From Marsupella aquatica (lineage: Eukaryota; Plantae; Marchantiophyta): a stretch of 64,000 nucleotides of DNA. The position numbers and the translations under genes are program-made. The DNA lies in NCBI GenBank assembly GCA_973895155.1, contig OZ316894.1:619968-683967 (forward strand), in the 5' to 3' direction. The notes under the pieces are model-generated. The model had not been told where the DNA came from. It ran no database searches and saw nothing but the letters and a program-made list of their open reading frames with translations. The first letter of the stretch is position 1, and the number at the start of each line of letters is the position of its first letter. Shown here in pieces: positions 60,801 to 64,000 of this stretch.

Positions 60801-63800
60801 AGTTACCTTGGTATTTTCCAGACTCCCTCACCATACCTCAAGATATTTTTTTTGTGTTTTGTTAATTGTTTCCATTTGTTAATTTTATTTTCAATGTTAA
60901 GCAAATATTCAAAACTATGCCTTACTGAGCAATCATAGTAAAAGGCTCAACCTTGTGTTTTTGTTACCTTAATCATTCACAAGTGCTAAATCATAGAAAA
61001 TCATTCCTTACATGTTCTTCCATGGGAACGAATACCGAGTTTTGGATCTTAAATATTTATTTATGTCCCTAGTGTGATACTACAGTGGCACTTCCGTTTG
61101 GGCCACATGAGTGAAAAAGGTTTGGTTATTCTTCAGAAGAAAGGATTACTTTCTAATTTGCAATCTTGTAAGTTGGAATTTTGTGAGCACTGTATGCTTG
61201 GGAAGCAGCATAGGAAACCCTTCGGAGTTGGAACTCACACCAGCAAGGAGGTACTTGAGTATGTACATAGTGATGTGTGGGGTCCAGCCCCCACTCCCTC
61301 ACATTCTGGACGGTTATATTATATCACGTTCATAGACGATTACTCAAGGTATATGTGAATATACTTTCTACACAGTAAGTCTGATATTTTTGCCACTTTT
61401 AAGGAGTGGAAAGCCCAAGTTGAGAATCAGACTGGTAATAAGGTGAGATATCTTCGATCGGATAACGGCGGTGAATACAGTTCCGGGGAATTTGGAACGT
61501 ATTGTAAGGAGCAGGGGATTACCCGCCATCTCACAACAAGTTATACTCCTCAGCAGAATGGTGTTTCTGAGAGACTCAACGGAACACTATTTGATCGCTC
61601 AAAGAGTATGTTGAGTCAATCATGCTTACCACATGAGTTTTGGGCTGAAGCTGTCAACACTGCAGCTTATTTGGTAAAAAAAATCTCCATCCAGTTCTAT
61701 TGGATTCAAGATGCCATTTGAAATGAGGTACGGGCGTCCAGCAGATTACTCACATCTGAGGATTTTTGGATGTGATGCTTATATGTTTACACCTTCCCAG
61801 CTTCGATCCAAACTGGAGTCCAAGTCAAATAAGTACATTTTCCTTGGCTATCAGAAAGGTGTGAAGGGCTATAGGTTATGGGATCCAGTAACCTGTAAGT
61901 TAATTGTCAGTATAGATGTGTCCTTTAATGAGTCCAGATCATCAAAGAAGGGGGAGACTTATCAGGACTCTCATACTAACAAGGGGAAATCTCCCATCCC
62001 GGACCGGGTTGAGGGGGAGATTAGTCATGATGCTGTTCATGACAGGAGAGATGGAGAAGCTTCGGGCTTGGAGCTGGTTCCTATGATGGAACAAGAGGAG
62101 CAGATTGTTGTTGGGGTACCTCAAATTCAGCCAGCAGCAGCAGCAGATCAGCCTAAATCATCTACTAGAAGAACTTCTAGTCGTTCTACTAGAGCTCCTA
62201 CCAGGTATGGTCAATGGGCATACTCATCTAAGCTAGATGATATTGACATTGCAGCTGATGAAGATGATATGGCTTTGATCTTGAAAGAAGGAGAGCCTTC
62301 TTCATACAGTGAGGCTTGTGCTTCAGAGCAGAAGCATGAGTGGAATGCAACAATGCAGAGGGAGTTGCAATCTTTGAATGACAACAAGACATGGGAGCTA
62401 GTGGAGCTTCCAAGAGGCCAGCAAGTGGTGGACAGCAAGTGGATTTACAAGTTGAAGGATAGTCTTTCAGAGGGTGGAGACAAGATCTACAAGGCAAGGC
62501 TTGTTGCCAGGGGATTCACTCAGGAGAAATGAGTGGATTACAATGAGGTCTTTTCACTGGTGGCTAAGTATTCCACAATTCGGATCTTGTATCAGCTTGT
62601 TGTGTTTTTTGGTTTGGTGATGGATCAGATGGATGTTGTTACTGCTTTTCTCTATGGCAACTTGGAAGAGATGATCTTCATGAGACAGCCACTAGGCTTT
62701 ATGAAGAAGGGCCAAGAGAACTTAGTTTGCAGATTGCTCAAGTCCTTGTATGGATTGAAGCAATCTCCCAGACAGTGGAACAAGCGGTTTGATGATTTCA
62801 TGTTTGCTCAAGGTTTTACAAGGATGGTGTATGATCCTTGTGTGTATACGAAATCAGTCAAGAATGATGTGTTTGGTTTCATCATTTTGGTTATTTATGT
62901 GGATGACATGCTGATTGTGGCTAAAGATCAATCTGAGGTTGACAGTCTCAAGGCGAAATTGAGTGCTGAATTCAGGATGAAAGATCTTGGTAAGGCTAAG
63001 AAGATCTTAGGGATGGAGATTTTTAGGAACTCTGATACTGGACAGTTGTGCTTGAGTCAAGGCCAGTATGCAAGGAAAGTACTTGCACGATTCAACATGG
63101 AAAACTGTAAGCTAGTGAGTATTCCTATAGCTTCACATTTCAAGTTATCATCAACTTTCTCTCCTACGGATGCTGTGGAGAAAGGTCTGATGGCTAAGAT
63201 TCCTTATGAAAAGGCAGTAGGCAGTCTGATGTATTTGATGACTTGTACTAGGCCTGATTTGGCCCTAGCGATGGGCAAGGTTAGCAGATTCATGTCAAAT
63301 CCAGGGAAGGTACATTGGGAAGCTGTGAAATGGATTCTCAGGTATTTGAAAGGAACACAGGACTATGGATTACTATTTGATAACAGATCAGATAGAACGT
63401 TAGTTGGCTATGTAGATTCTGACTATGGAGGCTTCTGGATACAAGGAGGTCTACAATTGGTTTTGTATTTACTCTTGGAGGAGGATGTATCAGTTGGAAA
63501 TCTACCTTGCAGAAGTGTATATCTCAGTCTACTACAGAAGCAGAATATGTTGCAATAGCAGAAGCAGCAAAGGAAGCAATTTGGTTGGACAAGTTGATCG
63601 CGGAGATGGGTTTAGAGCATGGAAAAATGACTCTAAATTGTGATAGTCAGAGTGCTCTTCACTTGGCTGCTAACCAGGTGATGGATAGCAGGGTGAAGCA
63701 CATTGATATTAGGTACCATTTTATCAGGCAAACAGTGTTTGATAAAACTTTTGAGCTAGTCAAGATTGGAGGAAAGCTCAATCCCGCTGATGTCTTTACC

Positions 63801-63863
63801 AAAGTGATTCCTTTGGAGAGTTTCTCAAGACATCGTGCTACTTTGCAAATTTTGCAGTTGTAG
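57844..63863 (+). pseudogene. Ty1/copia gag-pol (gag, CCHC knuckle, protease, integrase, RT, RNase H)
   Basis: Motifs LLLSSLPPSY, CWNCGKPGHIKRDC, WILDSACTFH, WHFRLGH..CEHC, VHSDVWG, RSDNGGEY, PQQNGVSER, KARLVARG, LYGLKQSPR, YVDD, STTEAEY and KHIDIRYH; stops and frameshifts present. Confidence 0.95.
59329..61084. mobile_element. Solo LTR (1756 bp) in the copia integrase N-terminus
   Basis: TGTAATAC...ATACTACA termini; TSD GTGGC at 59324-59328 and 61085-61089. Removing it restores RLWHFRLGH. Confidence 0.88.
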
Positions 63864-64000
63864 TACAAGTAGAGTTATTTAGCAATGTGTGGCTATTTGT
63901 ACATGGATTACTCATTCCAGTTTGGCTACGGCTTAGTTCTAGTTAACCCTTAGTTAACCCTTGTGGTTTTTAGGGGGAGACCTGGTTTGGTGATTGTCTA

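Larger units (their letters stand above)
52189..64000 (+). mobile_element. Ty1/copia LTR retrotransposon (5' LTR truncated, 3' LTR not seen)
   Basis: LTR end ..CAACA at 52344, followed by PBS, a long leader and gag-pol in copia domain order. The link between PBS and gag is inferred from colinearity. Confidence 0.75.

Noticed and set aside
63972-64000. Copia PPT and start of the 3' LTR (AGGGGGAG)
   Set aside because: Purine run is short, is not followed directly by TG, and the window ends before it can be tested.

Overview
Repeat-dense eukaryotic DNA, most likely a land plant (inferred from the element types); no ordinary host gene, RNA gene or CRISPR array was found. The window is a multilayer transposon nest. 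(1) A decayed Ty3/gypsy pol (1616-6990) is hit by TG..CA units. Five of these are copies of one 4.7-5.0 kb family ('B'), four of them nested, four with exact 5-bp TSDs and each holding one ~1,200-1,300-codon ORF. They look like solo LTRs that carry a whole gene. A second, smaller coding family ('A') occurs twice. (2) A CACTA/En-Spm-like accessory exon and a 28-bp palindromic minisatellite. (3) A split DUF7869-type transposase containing a ~12.7 kb Mutator-like element. That element has a GCM-like/MULE/SWIM transposase, a divergent 4-exon gene fusing a ParB-like domain to an N4/N6-type DNA methyltransferase-like domain, and 11 AGCGCCNGGCGCT palindromes found only in its non-coding DNA. This is the best candidate for an undescribed system. 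(4) Two L1-like LINEs with TSDs and a shared poly(A)-less 3' end. (5) A Ty1/copia element carrying two further solo LTRs. Domain calls come from motif recognition by eye, not database searches.
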